64,000 bases of DNA from positions 42,284,001 to 42,348,000 of the forward strand of contig NC_043001.1 of the NCBI RefSeq assembly GCF_006345805.1, read 5' to 3'. Below are positions 37,941-51,265 of the stretch, piece by piece; within the stretch, counting starts at the first letter, position 1; each line of letters begins with the position of its first letter. This DNA is from Octopus sinensis (taxonomy: Eukaryota). The notes below the pieces were generated by a model. That model was not told where the DNA came from, did not search any database, and was given only the letters and a program-made list of their open reading frames with translations. A program made the position numbers and the translations under genes.

Positions 37941-38769
37941 CTTATTTGTTTATTTGAGCTGCTTTTTTTTTTAAATTTAAATTTGGTATCCATGAATATT
38001 ATAAGTTATTAGAATGATTTTAAATAAACTTTGAAAATTAAATGGTCTGAGTTGAAAACCATAGCAAATATTTCACTGTTGTTGAGGAAAATATTTTATT
38101 CTATCTACCTAAATTCCATGGGCTATCAAAAAAAAGTACCAGAACTTCAGAGAAAGTCATGTGAATGAGACTGATATCTTCCCCAGAGTTGTAAATGTAT
38201 TTCAGAATAAATAATTATTTTATATATTATTACCTCTTATATTGAATGTAGTAAGTACAATTGCAGGTCATCAAGTATTTAGTTCATTTACCATTAGAGA
38301 AAAACAAAAATGCCACAGCATGTGTAAATGTGAATTTCTCAGTTGAAACTGGAATTGAGTAATAATTTGATGGACATCTGAGGCTCAAGAGAAGAGTAAC
38401 TAAACTAATTATATACATTTCTTTAATGTTCCTTGCTGCTTACAATGGGGAACTATAACCTCTCGTGATACATGTTAAAAATTTAAGGATGTTAGGTGGT
38501 TTTGTAAGGATATAATGCACTACCAGTAACAGTGTACAAACCATCAATCTCTATTAGTAAAGCCCATGGCTATTCAAGTCATCCATTTATCAGCTTATTC
38601 AGTTCAGTTCTTTATACAAAACAAGAAAGTAAATTGCTCTAAATAGTCAAAGAAAAACTATAGTGAGACTAAAAGACAAACAAAATTACTATTTCAAGTC
38701 AGCAACAAAATTCAGAAGTAATTCTAGAACATTTACAAAGACTTTCCACAAGCAAAACAAAAGGGAGGA

Positions 38770-38950
38770 AAAAATGTAATGTTAAGAAAGTACCAATGCT
38801 GACCTGTCATAAGCTTGAAAGGAAGAATGGTTATATTGTGAAGATTGTGTTAGTCATTATGGGTAATCTAGGTGGAGGTATAAAAGAGTTTGAATGACAA
38901 TGAAAAGCACTTTCTGGTATTATTTAAAGAGAATGAACACCATAATCTAT
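38770..38950 (+). mobile_element. RLE-type non-LTR retrotransposon C-terminal relic
   Basis: KYQ...LERKNGYIVKIVLVIMGNLGGGIKEF resembles the KYxxLxxE...GYxVxxVPxIIGxLGGG motif of RLE elements. Confidence 0.45.
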
Positions 38951-39978
38951 GATCATACTATGTATTACAAGAGGGTAAACTGTATTTTTTTTTCTTTTGC
39001 TGCATTTTGTTTTTGTTTCCTTTTGGCCTATTAGAGATCTCTAATTCTAATGTAAAAACAGAACACTGGCAATAATTATACCTTGAAGTTAGTCAAGATC
39101 ACCCAATCAAATTTCCTGTGACCAGTAATTCAATGTATTTTATTCTAATAGAATTTCCTATAGAATTTGAAAATGTAAATGTTATCACTATTCTATAGTA
39201 ACAAAAACAGTAATAAGAGATTTAAAACAAGAGATGGTGTTTTACAAAAACTTATATATGCAAGTGTCTTAAGATAAAATAGTTAAAACTTGAGCATTTT
39301 TTATAGACTCTTCTGCTGAATATAATAATAGATGCAGTTTGTCAAAAATTAAATTTAACAGTGAAAAATGAAAAATAAAACTTAACTACAGCAACTGTAA
39401 GTTTATCCTCCTAAATACAAGAAGTACTATCTAGTACATGTACTATTCATAATAGATATATGTTTTTTTGTAACATTATCTATGTTAAGAATGCATCTTA
39501 TCCAAGGGAAATTTCATTGCTTATCTCCTAATTTATACAGAATGCAAAGCTAGGCTTCCAGCATTGAGATTTTGTATTCATCAGGATATTACTATTATTT
39601 TCATCATTTCAATGCACAAGTTGTTCATTAACAGCACCCATATTTTTTTTTAAATATCTTCCCCATATTTATATCTATTTATAGATAGATACATAGAGTG
39701 TGTGTGTGCATGTGCATGTGTGCACATGCATGCATACTGATTGTTATGCTCTAAAAGTGTATGACAGCTGCTGACCAAATGATATTCAATTCAACTGTTA
39801 TTTTGTTTTGCCATTGGATAAATGCATTTCACTTTTCATTCTTGGTTAACATTAAGGTATAAATTCAGAAAAGAAATGGCAGTTAAACTATGCTACCATA
39901 TAGCTATATTAATAAAATAAGGGCTGTAAAAAGAATAGCATATTTTATTTAGGATATGGTATTCATTAAATCCAACAA

Positions 39979-41177
39979 TTTGGTTGATCAAAATGTCCAT
40001 TCAGTTTCTAAAGTGAAAATAAGACAAATTTTAAAACACAAAGTGACTTATTCAATCAACAACAAAATTATCATTTCATTCTAGTATCTTCTGACATCTT
40101 GTGTGAAGATCTATTATTCCCAGCTCAAAGAATTTCCTGCTTTTACTGATGAATTTTTACATCTTCTAGGTGAATTTTTACATCTTCGAAGCTGAAGTTC
40201 TGTCCATTCAATGAATTTTGAAAAGACTAAAACAGATGGAAATCTAGAGGTGCAAGGTCAAGTGAATATGAAGGGTGTGGCAAAACTTCCCAGCCAAGTT
40301 CCAGTAACTTCTGCTGCATCAGCAAAGAGGTGTGCAGTTTGGCAATGTGATCATGGAAGACAATGCTGTTATGATTAGCAAGTGCTGGATGCTTCAGGTA
40401 GACTGTTGCATTTAATTTGTCCAGCAGGTCACAGTACACATTCAAACTGAAGGTCCTGTCCATGGAAAAGAAGTTTATAAAAGACAACCCCTTTCCAATC
40501 TCACTAAATTGAAAGCATAGCCTTCTTTGGGTGAAGTCCTGCTTTGGAAGTTCTTTGTGGTGGTTTGCTGTGCTTCCTCCATGATCATTTGTGCTTCATA
40601 TTGTTACAGACAACCCATTTTTATCCCCAGTCACCATTTTCTTCTCATTTCTGTAACAAATCACAGATGGAAATTCGTTGAACAAGCTTAGCCTCAATCA
40701 ATTGATGTGGGACCTAAACATTGAACCTGCTGACATAACCAAGTTGAAGCAGATGGTTTTCAGCACTCAATTTGGATATTTGGGGAATATCTGTGATCAT
40801 GCTGGTGAAAGTAAGGTGCATCTTGAACCAAAAAGTTTCCCCAGCTGAAATCTTGAAAACCACTTTTAAAATACATGTTCCATAACAGCATCCTTTCCAT
40901 ACACATGGCATATCTTCCTACAGGTTTTCACCATTATGTCTTTTTTTTTAAAAAAAAAAGGCATGAGGTGTCAATAATGTTTGTTTTGATTCTACATTTT
41001 TAGGGTGATCCCAAGTACACAAAATACAACCTGTCTTGCCACAAGTTCATGTTGAACTACATTGCAGTGTTGAGTATCTAACAAGTGTGCATGCACGAGA
41101 GACAGACTGAAGTTTGATTCTTAGAGAGCTTGAAGTTTAGTGTCAACAAAAAATGAACAGATATTTGGCCAACCCAA
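39979..41177 (-). mobile_element. Old mariner (DD34D-like) relic
   Basis: IVFHD..AKLHTS...QKLLELGWEVLPHPSYSLDLAPLDFHLF; LGYVSRFNVW(VPH)-like region; degenerate TIRs; TA at 41178-41179. Confidence 0.8.
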
Positions 41178-43449
41178 TATATTCTGTCAGTATTTGCCAA
41201 TATATTGCTTACTATAAATTAAGTCTGATGAATCACCTATACTCTTTATGTAATCATATATAATACCAGTGTTTTAGGAAAATAATTCCCATATTCATCC
41301 TTAATCAAACACTATACAGTGTGTCTATCTTTCTCATATCCTCACAACATCTAAAGAATGGCTTTTATATAGTCAACTTTTGCTGGTTATTTCATTTTGT
41401 TTTTTAAAACAAAAAACTACAACTCTAACAGTATTCTGTTTGTTGTTAATATCATTTATAGAATGTTCTCTAAATTATTAGAATTATAATAAATTCCAGT
41501 TCTTTCTCCATATTGTGTCAGTACCTTGTGATTAATCTTTTTAAAATAATTTTCTTACATATGGAATTTATATACTAACGCTTAATCCATTGGGAATGAC
41601 ACAGATTGCACAACCTAGTATTGAATGACTAGTTTTGAATTACTGCCTACACATTTTATGCACACTGAGCACGGTCACACACTTGTCTGTGAATTTAGTC
41701 TAAACTAGTTTCTTTTAAATATTTGTTGCTGGCAAATATTTTGTAATTCAATTCATATTTAATCATTATTAGTAGAATAATATCAACATATTAAAAGAAC
41801 AAACTAAGAAACAACAAGAAACTCTAAAAAGGAAAAGAAAGCTTAATAATTGAACTGTTTATGCTGTACTGATTCTTAATTAAAAGTTCTTATATTAGTT
41901 GTAAACTAAGCTGCTCTAAAGAAATAAAAACTTTAAAATATAATTATTATAAATTCAATTTTGGGTTAATTCATAATTGAAAATTATTGGCTATCATAAT
42001 AGTATGTGCTGATATGTTTTATAGATGCTCTCAAGCAAAAATTATTATCTTGGTGATTTCCTTCAAAACACCCTCACATTAAAAGTTTCACACTATAGCA
42101 TTGACAAGAAAATACCAATTCCTATAAAATAAGCCTCCAGAATTTTCCTTTCTACAATCCTCTAATACTATACATAAAAAGTGGGTCACATTATCAGCTG
42201 GTTTTTCTCACCATACTATTACTAGTTCTAATAATATACAAGAAAAAAAAATTATCAAAGTAATTTCCAGCACCCTTTGTGGGTGACTAAATAGAAGAGA
42301 AAAAGTTAAGCAGCTTCTATTTTACTATTATAGACTCACTGACTAATTCAAGTACTTGCTATTTAACTTCATAGTAGCATTATCTTAATGAATATAAAAA
42401 CTGGACAGAAGTTAACACCAATTTTATTTTGATACTTTACATACAATACAACAGTAGTAACAATTATTATTTCCAGAGATATAAAAAAAAAATAGGTTGA
42501 GTTTAAATGCCTTGTATTTTCAGCATAAACTTTAGTGGTATTTTACTATCTCAATCTGCAAATAGAAAAGTTGAATGTGCACTACATTTTAGGATTCACT
42601 ATGGTAGTGAATGTTTTTTATTTAAAAATGATTGAAAACATTTGCTGAATAGTCAAGGAATCATCTTATGTTAATTGACCAAAACAGAATATTATTCATG
42701 ACAAAAGATAGCCTGAAGTTTATTAAACTGAATGAATTGAATAATCAAGTGATGAATGACAAATAAAATTTGAAATGCATGAGAAAAGATCTGAATCAAA
42801 ACACCTCAAAATTAATATTGCCAACATTATGGTTTATATTAGTGTATGAAGAAGTCTAGTAGTATGAAGATAGTAAACAGATAAAAGGTATAGTGGCATC
42901 TCTTGTGGTCTATTTAGATTTAGCTGAAACAGATGCACTGGATTAACTAACAACATGAGGGACTTCAACTCTGCAAATAGCTCACTGGAAATTGAGTAAG
43001 TGATCATTTCATGGCAAAAATTAGAGCATGTATACAAAGTTTTGAATCATGTCACAAAGTTGGAAAATTTCCTCTGTAATATATGCGGTCTGAAATAATG
43101 AGTGGTGGTAATTGTGAAACATGTAAATAGAGATCTTCATCAAATAAAAAGAAATAAACAAATATGATGTAGGATGAGAAATGTAAAAAAAATATATCAG
43201 TAAGGGTTAATTTAAAAGGGATGAGCAAGTAATAGCTCACTTTGGAAGAGTTTTTAAATTTATGAAGTAGCAATTCAAGAGTTTTACATAAGCAACATAT
43301 ACATAAATATACTAGCCAAAGCACTCAGCCTTGCACAGGTGCTACAAATATGGTGTCCATACTTCTTCATGAACAAGGTCTGCAATATCAAATGAAATAA
43401 TTTGAAAGCAGGAATTTTCATTTATATTTCAAACATTACAAAACTTGGA

Positions 43450-43645
43450 GCACTGCATCCTTCAAAACTTTCATGCTTTCTGAGATTCGCCAACACTACA
43501 CCTGATTTTCTCCCCTCCATACATACACAAGCATGTATCTGACTCATGCATTGTTTACTTTCCAGACATTTGTACATTACTGCATATACTCTGACAAGTT
43601 GTGGTGCACCTGAGCATTGTATACAATAATTTCATTATATTATTT
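43450..43645 (+). mobile_element. LINE-like 3' tail ending in (ATT)n; second copy at about 23465-23570
   Basis: The segment ctcatgcttt..actacacctgatt...gtggtgcacctgagca(c/t)tgta(c/t)acaat..attatt is shared between the two loci. Confidence 0.55.
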
Positions 43646-44437
43646 TTTTAACAATCTGATTCATAGAGCATCACTCCTGAATAGCTTGTAATTATGGATT
43701 AATTTAAATGTGAAAAAAAAAAATGTAAGCCCAAGTTGTTTTAACTCTCATAATATTTGAAACTGCACACTAACTTTCTGAGGATATGATTTTTATATGG
43801 AATATTTTTATAACTAGGTTCCAATAAACAGTTGCATAAGGAAGATGAGTTAAAAAAAAGTATGTGCATGTATGCATGTCAAGTAAGAGACAGAAATAAT
43901 TAATTGGAAATAGAAAGGAGAAAGTTTGCCTCTTCATTACAACTGTCACTTTTTCACTACTTCTTTTCTTGAATCTGTATCTTATCCCCAAATGTATCTT
44001 GGGCCTTGGATTTTCTTCCTTCAAGCATTATTCCAGAATGACTTTAGATTAGAGTGCAAATTTTAGAAAACATTCATTAAGAGATGGTGATATTTCAAGT
44101 CAAACAGACAAACGTTGGCTATATACATATAAATAATTATATGTGATGATAAAACAGGTATGTTTCAAATATTTGATGACAGGACATGTCTAAAAACAAC
44201 GTAGTGACCAATTTAAAGTGAATGAGAGTCAGCCTCATCTAATGAATGAAATAAATAGCAATAATATTCTATGATTCATAAATTGATTACATTGACAAGA
44301 ATTAGCTTTGTGCCTTTACAGAAGAAATCATTGAAACTTTAATAATAATTATAAATCTGGAATTATAGAGAACCATTTGGCATTTATTCATTCAAATGTC
44401 ATATCTTTCTCTCTCTCTCTCTGTATCTATCTATCTA

Positions 44438-44488
<51 letters not shown>

Positions 44489-45387
44489 AAACTGAGTATG
44501 TGTGTGTGTGTGTGTAAACCCACAGAACTCCTGAAGTTCACAATTGACTTTCTCCAAACTGAGAACATACATTACTTATGTTCCAGAGATGGTTTTAGAC
44601 TCTTAAAATTTTTCCACATAATGAATAATGGGGCCCATGGATAGAAAACCCCCTTTTCTAGGTAAACAATATGAACGATCACATAGGTTGTTTCACTGGT
44701 TCAAGGGACATTACTATTGATGACGTACTTATGTTAATTTCTCCGCAACCCAACGTCACATGACCCAACCACTTTTGTTAGAGATTGTGTCCTTAATGTG
44801 ACCTTGTGTACACTGATGCTGCATGCAGAATTGTTTTTGTTTGGGAGCTGAGTTGTCCTCACAATGGTCACACACTGTTTACATAAAGGAGTGCACAGTC
44901 GAGCCACGACTATTGATTCCAAACCGAAATATTGCATGACAGTATTGTTTACAAGCGCTTGACCATTCCTTCACAATCCCCACCACCTTACCATGTCATA
45001 TATTTCATGTAGATTTCTCTTGTGTAGTGCTGTTGAGCATACCCAGACTTAATTTATCACATAGATGTAATTCTTATGTCTATTGATTGTTCAGTGTGGT
45101 AGCAGCAGTGCCGACAGCCAAGCCACCAAGGAGAGTATATCCACTGAGAGCTTTTTGCTGCATTCAAAAATCACACACCCCCATCGATTTCTCCATGACA
45201 AGGTTAGGGCCTGGAATCTTCCAAACAGATGCAGGACATGTCACTTAGTCGAATTAGCCCTTCATTTACTCCACAAAATTTTTGTCGACAATGCTGCACT
45301 TCCCTACATCATATGTTTCAACTTAACTGTACCACACATACAAACTATGCCGTTTAAATCCCAAGCAACGCTGGGTATCTCTACTAA
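44438..45387 (+). mobile_element. Probable non-autonomous Helitron (family B)
   Basis: A|TCTAT..(TA)n..TATAAAACTGAGTATG(TG)n start; subterminal hairpin cccaagcaacgctggg, then CTAA|T. Confidence 0.55.
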
Positions 45388-45389
45388 TC

Positions 45390-45730
45390 CTTCATAAGCA
45401 CCACATCTGGACCAACTCAGTCTTCTCCCTGGACCATTAGCTGATTCCTCTGTGCATACTTTTCCTTCAGCTTACCAGAGCTCATGCATGCTAATGTTGC
45501 ACATCCACAAAAGTTTGCTCAGGTCATCAAGATTTTTCCACATGCTCTACATTCAATACCCATGATTTACTAGCATGCAGTATCACGTGTTGTATACAAA
45601 CACAGAAATTAGTCTCCAGAACTTTCCCACTTGTTCTTAATTTGGCTGCTATGTTTTTACAACATCTACCTTAACTGTTAATTAGGTCACATAGGCAAGA
45701 GAAGCTGCCGACCATCTTTATCAAACCTGC
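45390..45730 (-). mobile_element. Degraded RTE ORF2 fragment (RT C-terminal region)
   Basis: ..DLINS*GRCCKNIAAKLRT, CIQHVILHASKSWVLNVE, LLWMCNIS, RRLSW; colinear with the 19869-20250 fragment. Confidence 0.6.
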
Positions 45731-46529
45731 TGGGTATTTGAAAGAATTCATTTCATGGTAGCTCTTAGTTCTAGCCTTTGCTATATACATAACCCTTGTC
45801 TCTCAGTCTACTTCATTACATCTCTTGTGTACTTAATAGTTTACATTAAGTACATAATATGGAATTCCTACTTAACCTTTTCTGCATATCAAGGAGGACC
45901 ATTTCCCAAATGGCAGTAGAGTTCAGTATTCTTTCTTGTTAATCTTTGCTGAGTTCCTTTTAAGGATCCCTGAATTTTGGCTTCATTCTGATTGAACATT
46001 AATTATATGGTAAAAAAAAGAAAAGTAATTGCATTGGAATTTTGATTTTGTTTCTTTGCCAGCTATAGGCATTATATCTTCAAGGAAATTATGTAATGAT
46101 TATGATAAAGTTACAATAAACGTCCATTTGTTTTACTAATAAGTATCCATTGATTTTACTAAAATACTTATAATTAGCCATCAATATGAAATAGGTATCA
46201 ATTTATGTATTCATTAAACATGATTTCTTTGCTGCTGTTTACCAGTAATTTCTCTGTAATTCCAGATATGTGTTTTATAGAATTCAACAATGAATACTTG
46301 AAATATGTTGAGAAGTTAGATAATTTTCTACTTGTTCATAGTTTTTACACAAGAATAAAATCAAAAATGTTTTTATTTTCAATATTGCCCTATCATTGAA
46401 CACTGAACATCATTTATTTTCATTGTTAAATGATTGTTGTGATTCTACATTGTTTTAACAAAAGATATTTAAAATATTTGGTATACAAATTTTGTTGCTT
46501 CATACAAGAATTTATTTGAAGTAGTTCTA

Positions 46530-47480
46530 TGTTCTGAAAGATCTAATTCCTTGTCATTTGACATTTGCCCTTCCAAAATTCAAACAGGTTATACACATTT
46601 AGAAATTTGCTTGCCAGTTTCCTAATATTGACAGACTACACAACTTTGTATATTTATTGAAATATGAATTATTTCAGCTTATCACAATTTGCAACACAGG
46701 TGAGGACACAATAAATTGCTTGAAGGATATATATATATATATATATTAAAACTGTAGACACCAACTTGTAATTTGCAAACAAGGGCCAAATGAATCCTTG
46801 GATCAATTTCTTTCAGGTTTAAAGGTCATGGTTAAGGATTATAATTCCAAGACAATGTTCTCTGAACTGTATAAAAAAAATTCAATAATGGATACTTTTA
46901 TTTTGGAGCTAATGTTAACTGGCACAAGACTTGTTGTTGTCTGTTCCTTCTTGAGCCATGCCTGGCTCATGAGGGCTGGTTTCCTGGTTTCAATGGCGTA
47001 TAGGTTCCCCACCTGGATGGAATGCCAGTCCATCACATGTGAGCTGTTAGATACAGAAGGAAAGAGAGAGAAAATTATGGTGAAAAGGTCAGCAGAAGTT
47101 TGCCATTATCTTCTGCTGTGGTGCTTAGGTGTTTCATTCATAAACACACACATCACCCAGTCTGAGATTCGAACCCATGATCCCTCGACTGCAAGTCTGC
47201 TGCTCTAACAACTAGGCCATGTGTCTCCAAGGCACAAGACTTAGACTACTCAAAAATAAACTACTAGATTTGGAAACAGCTGTATTACAAGCCAGAACAT
47301 TAGACTTAGCTCCAAAGAATGCTAATGTTTATATTCAGGATATCCTTACAAATATTACTACTGTTACAAAGGTGGAAGCTATTTCAGCATCACCTTCAGA
47401 GACATTTTTATTTTTTGGGAGTATAGAATTGACTGCAGAAAATGTCCAACAAAGAGATACCATATGGGTGATAGTTGTGA
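46530..47480 (+). mobile_element. Ty3/gypsy-like LTR retrotransposon gag relic, split by a SINE
   Basis: RHQLVICKQGPNESLDQFLSGLKVMVKDYN...MDTFI..L...GTRL|RLLKNKLLDLETAVLQARTLDLA, then a decayed zinc-knuckle region. Confidence 0.65.
46933..47230 (-). mobile_element. tRNA-derived SINE (family 3) with a perfect 12-bp TSD
   Basis: Head TGGCCTAGTTGTTAG...GGGTTCGAATCTC; tail GAAGGAACAGACAACAAC; ggcacaagactt at 46921-46932 and 47231-47242. Confidence 0.9.
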
Positions 47481-47899
47481 TTCTCTGCTTTTTAATAATT
47501 GATGTATTGTGTGATGGGTAAGTGCTCACCCTTATTCAAGATGGATGTTGAGTTATAGCAATGTTCATTGAAAAACGGTCTTTGCTATAAGTTTCTTACT
47601 ATTACTTATGACAAAACTTATTACCAACTGAAACAGGACATAATTCATGACTTTTACAAAGTAGCTTTTCATAGAGAATGGAAGGATATGATAATTGTTG
47701 AGGAACAGGAAAATGCCATGGTGAACTATAAAAGCCTTTCAGTTGTTACAAGATAAGGGAAATTTCAGATATAAAACAATAAGGAAATTGAAACAATTAC
47801 TACAAAATCTATAAAAAAAAATTAATAAAAAAAACTGGCCATAAAATAAAACATTTAAGATATTCAACAAAGTGAACAAAATGATAACTAGACATAAAA

Positions 47900-48200
47900 T
47901 TATTTACAAAGGACAGATAGGTGTCCTCATCTTGTTTGTTGTTATCACAACATTTCGGCTGATGTACTGTCCAGCCTTCATCAGGTATTCTGGTGGAATT
48001 TTGAATGCAACCCTTTATTTGACTAATGGAGTACACTGTTCTCATTCTTAAGGTATGTTGCTGATGTTATTTTTCTGTTGCTATTTTTCAAGTCCCTACC
48101 TGGGATTGAACTTAGAATCTAAGAGTTCGTAGCCTGCACACTTATCCACTATGCTATATGCCCAGGCATATGTAAATAACGTACATAATTCCTCATCTCA
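47900..48200 (-). mobile_element. tRNA/Pol III-headed element carrying a Penelope-type hammerhead ribozyme
   Basis: A box TAGCATAGTGG (48156-48146) and B box AGTTCAATCC (48112-48103), then GAATAC-CTGATGA-A-GGCTG-GACAGTACAT-CAGCC-GAAA-TGTT-GTG (47990-47946). Confidence 0.72.
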
Positions 48201-48329
48201 AAAATATAGACTAATATTTATTTCCGATCACAGCAGTTAAATTATGTAGGTTTAGGCAGGAAATATCTCAAGGGCTCACTGCTAAAAGTCAAATTTTACT
48301 AACATGGTTATTTTTCCTGTGGTCTTCCT

Positions 48330-48560
48330 GTGTGAAAGGGTTGGGAATATGGCTTCATGAGGTTCATTTTGTATAGCTGATGGTAGGGGTTAGAGGTAGG
48401 GGATAGTAATGGGCTAGAATAAATTGCTTGAGAGTGGATTAAGACTGATAACATGATAGAGGAAAATAACTGTGAGAACTATATCTAGTGCTGTAAGAGG
48501 AGAGAATGGACACCAGAATACAGAGAGACAATTTTGTTTGAAGTTAGAATATAGAAGTTT
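48330..48560 (-). mobile_element. Possible CR1/L2 endonuclease relic
   Basis: Strand-biased tract with a short xQIVS...LDIVLT....VISLNPLSS similarity only. Confidence 0.3.
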
Positions 48561-49989
48561 TGAGGGTAGATAGAATTTCTGATGAACCTAGTAACAACAA
48601 AGGAATTAGATATGGCACAAATTAGAGCAGTTTGCAAAAATTGGAAATTATTTAAAGGGCCAGTATTTAATTCAGAATGGCAACAACAAAATCAGTTACA
48701 TTAATCAAAATATTGGAACAATACTTTATAATAGCACAATTTTAGACCTTATCCTATACTTATTCTATCTAATTTGGTCATGAATTTGTGAGGTAAAAGA
48801 TGTGTAATTCTTTTTATTTTAAATTCTAATAACTAAATATTTTTTGAAAGGCTTTTATAAATTGTCCACGTAAGGTTTAATCAATGTAGAAATGTTCTTA
48901 TTACATATTATTTGCAACTGACTGCTACATAAAAGATATAACCTAGAATCCCACTGAAGAAACACATTTTACAGTCAACAAAATCAATATTTTCTAATAG
49001 TCCAGAGAACATCTGGACAATCTTTTGAAAACATTTATTTAGGCTATCTTTGAAGTACAATGTAAATAATATAGACATTAGCATAGTTTTCAAAATAACA
49101 TTTACTCAAATTCTATATAAGCAATCAAATCTTTTAGCCTCTCTCTCTCAATTTCCTGCCATTTCTGGTGAGTTTTGTAGTGTACTAAAACTATAAATCC
49201 TAGTATACCAAAAACTTATAGTTTTTGGTATTTGGGTGGTTGAAACAGATTTTTCATCAAATGGATTCACTGAACTAATTGCAAGCATTAAAAACAGGTG
49301 TTAAGATATTGATGATAAACTGAAAAAAATTAATCAATCCTCGATCATCTTTTTAACATCATATACATGGTATAAAATGTGATATGAGGAGTCTATTTGA
49401 ATGACCTAGAAAAAAAAACTGCTGAATGTTAAAAAGTTAAATACATATCTAATATCCTTCTATACACAGTCATATAGCTATTAGTAAACTTTTCAACTGT
49501 GTGTGCACATGTGTATGTACATATTCATATATATCTAATAATTACATAATTGAAGAGTCATTTTAGCTGTCTAAAAATATTCAGAAATTGTTGTATCCAC
49601 TTTTCATTTACTTCTTAATTATACAGACTATTAGGAGATAGCAAAATACTTTGTCACAATTCTGTGACCTAATCACTGATGCAATGAAATCGCATGTTAC
49701 AGATATGTTCTTTTAAGCTCCATGGTGCTGGGTGACTTTCCTTGCTATATACTTTTATTTATATTCTTTTCTTTTCTGTTCTCTCATGTGTTACTTTCCT
49801 CTCATTTGTTTCTATTCTCATTTATCTTCAAATTTAAAACAGGTTAGTTTAATATATGTTTTTTCATGTGTTGGTTAGTGATTTTTGTTGTTGACTTGCA
49901 AGTCTAGAGTTGTTTGAACTTTTGATATATTAGGCCTTGTCATTTTTAGGGTTAATTCTCTCTACCTGCATAGAAAAATTGGGTAATAA

Positions 49990-50985
49990 GAGGCATCAAA
50001 TGCAGTGTCAAGAGAGAAGTTTGTGCTGGTATGGTTATGTGATGTATATGGATGAAGACAGCTACACAAAGCAGTGCTGATCTCTAAATGGGGAGGGAAC
50101 CTGTGGAAGATGAAGATCTAAAAAGACATGGGAGAAAATTGGTCTTCAGATGTTGAACCTCACAAAGAACCAATACAATTAGCAATTTGCTGTGCTTGAG
50201 AAGAACCATCAAGTTATTGAGGCCATAAAGGCATGTCATTTATGTCTATGCTTCTGTACATAATCTATCCCTGACAAATCTCCCCACATGCCACTGTACA
50301 CAATCTATCCCTGACAATCCTCTCCCTCACATCTCATCTTTTTAACACTTCCTCCTCTCCTCACCCATGTTCAGCATTTGCTGTACTGCAACCTCTTCTC
50401 GCTCATGCTTATGAGCCTACCCCCCCCCCCCGCACATAAAAGTGCCGCTGTCAAATCTTTTCTACACAACATATTTTCCTAACTCCCCCTCCTGCTCTCT
50501 TTATCCACTCATCACATACCCCTCCCCCCATTTCCCACTCTCCTTTTACAAGCTTGTGAACTTGTACACCCACTTACCTCATCCAATCCCACATCTACAT
50601 CACTATATACACCTTGTAACTTGGGCATACATCTTGCCAAAACTTCACTATTTTATCTCTCGTCTACTGCAACATATCTATTTCTGTCCCTCTATTCTTA
50701 CACTGACTTCTCCCTACCTGGCACAAAGCCATCTCCCTCAATACTACACACTGCTAATTTGAGGGGTCTTGTCCTGCAAATTACTTGGTGACCACACCGC
50801 TGCTGGTGCCACATAAAAAGTACCCAACACACTATGTTAAGCGGTTGGTGTTAGGAAGGGCATCTAGCTATAAAAACCATGCCAAAATAGACAGTAGAAC
50901 TTGGCACAGTCTTCTGACTTGCCAGTTCCTGTCAAACTGTCCAACACATGCCAGTATGGAGGGAGGACATTAAATGATGATGATT
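49990..50985 (+). mobile_element. 5'-truncated RTE LINE: ORF2 end, C-rich 3' UTR and (GAT)n tail
   Basis: RGIKCSVxERSLCWYGYVMYMDEDS...GTCGR.RSKKTWE; UTR ends ...ggaagggcatctagc...ggacattaaatgatgatgat. Confidence 0.82.
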
Positions 50986-51265
50986 TGTTTATTCCGTTCA
51001 CTAACATCAATCTTCCATTATTTTCTCCATAAAAAGTATTTATTACTAGTATGCTTTTTCAATGGGGCTGGTTTTGAATGAGGGAAAAATACTATTAGCA
51101 GATACTTTTTGTTGAAGAAAGGCAATTATGATAATAATGAATTAATTAAATAAATTTACAATATAGATAGAAAGAGAGAGAAAAGAAACAAATATGAAAG
51201 TATCTAAAAGTTCATATGTCAAATGTTCAACATTGTATATCCACAAGTCTACATTTCAACAACAA

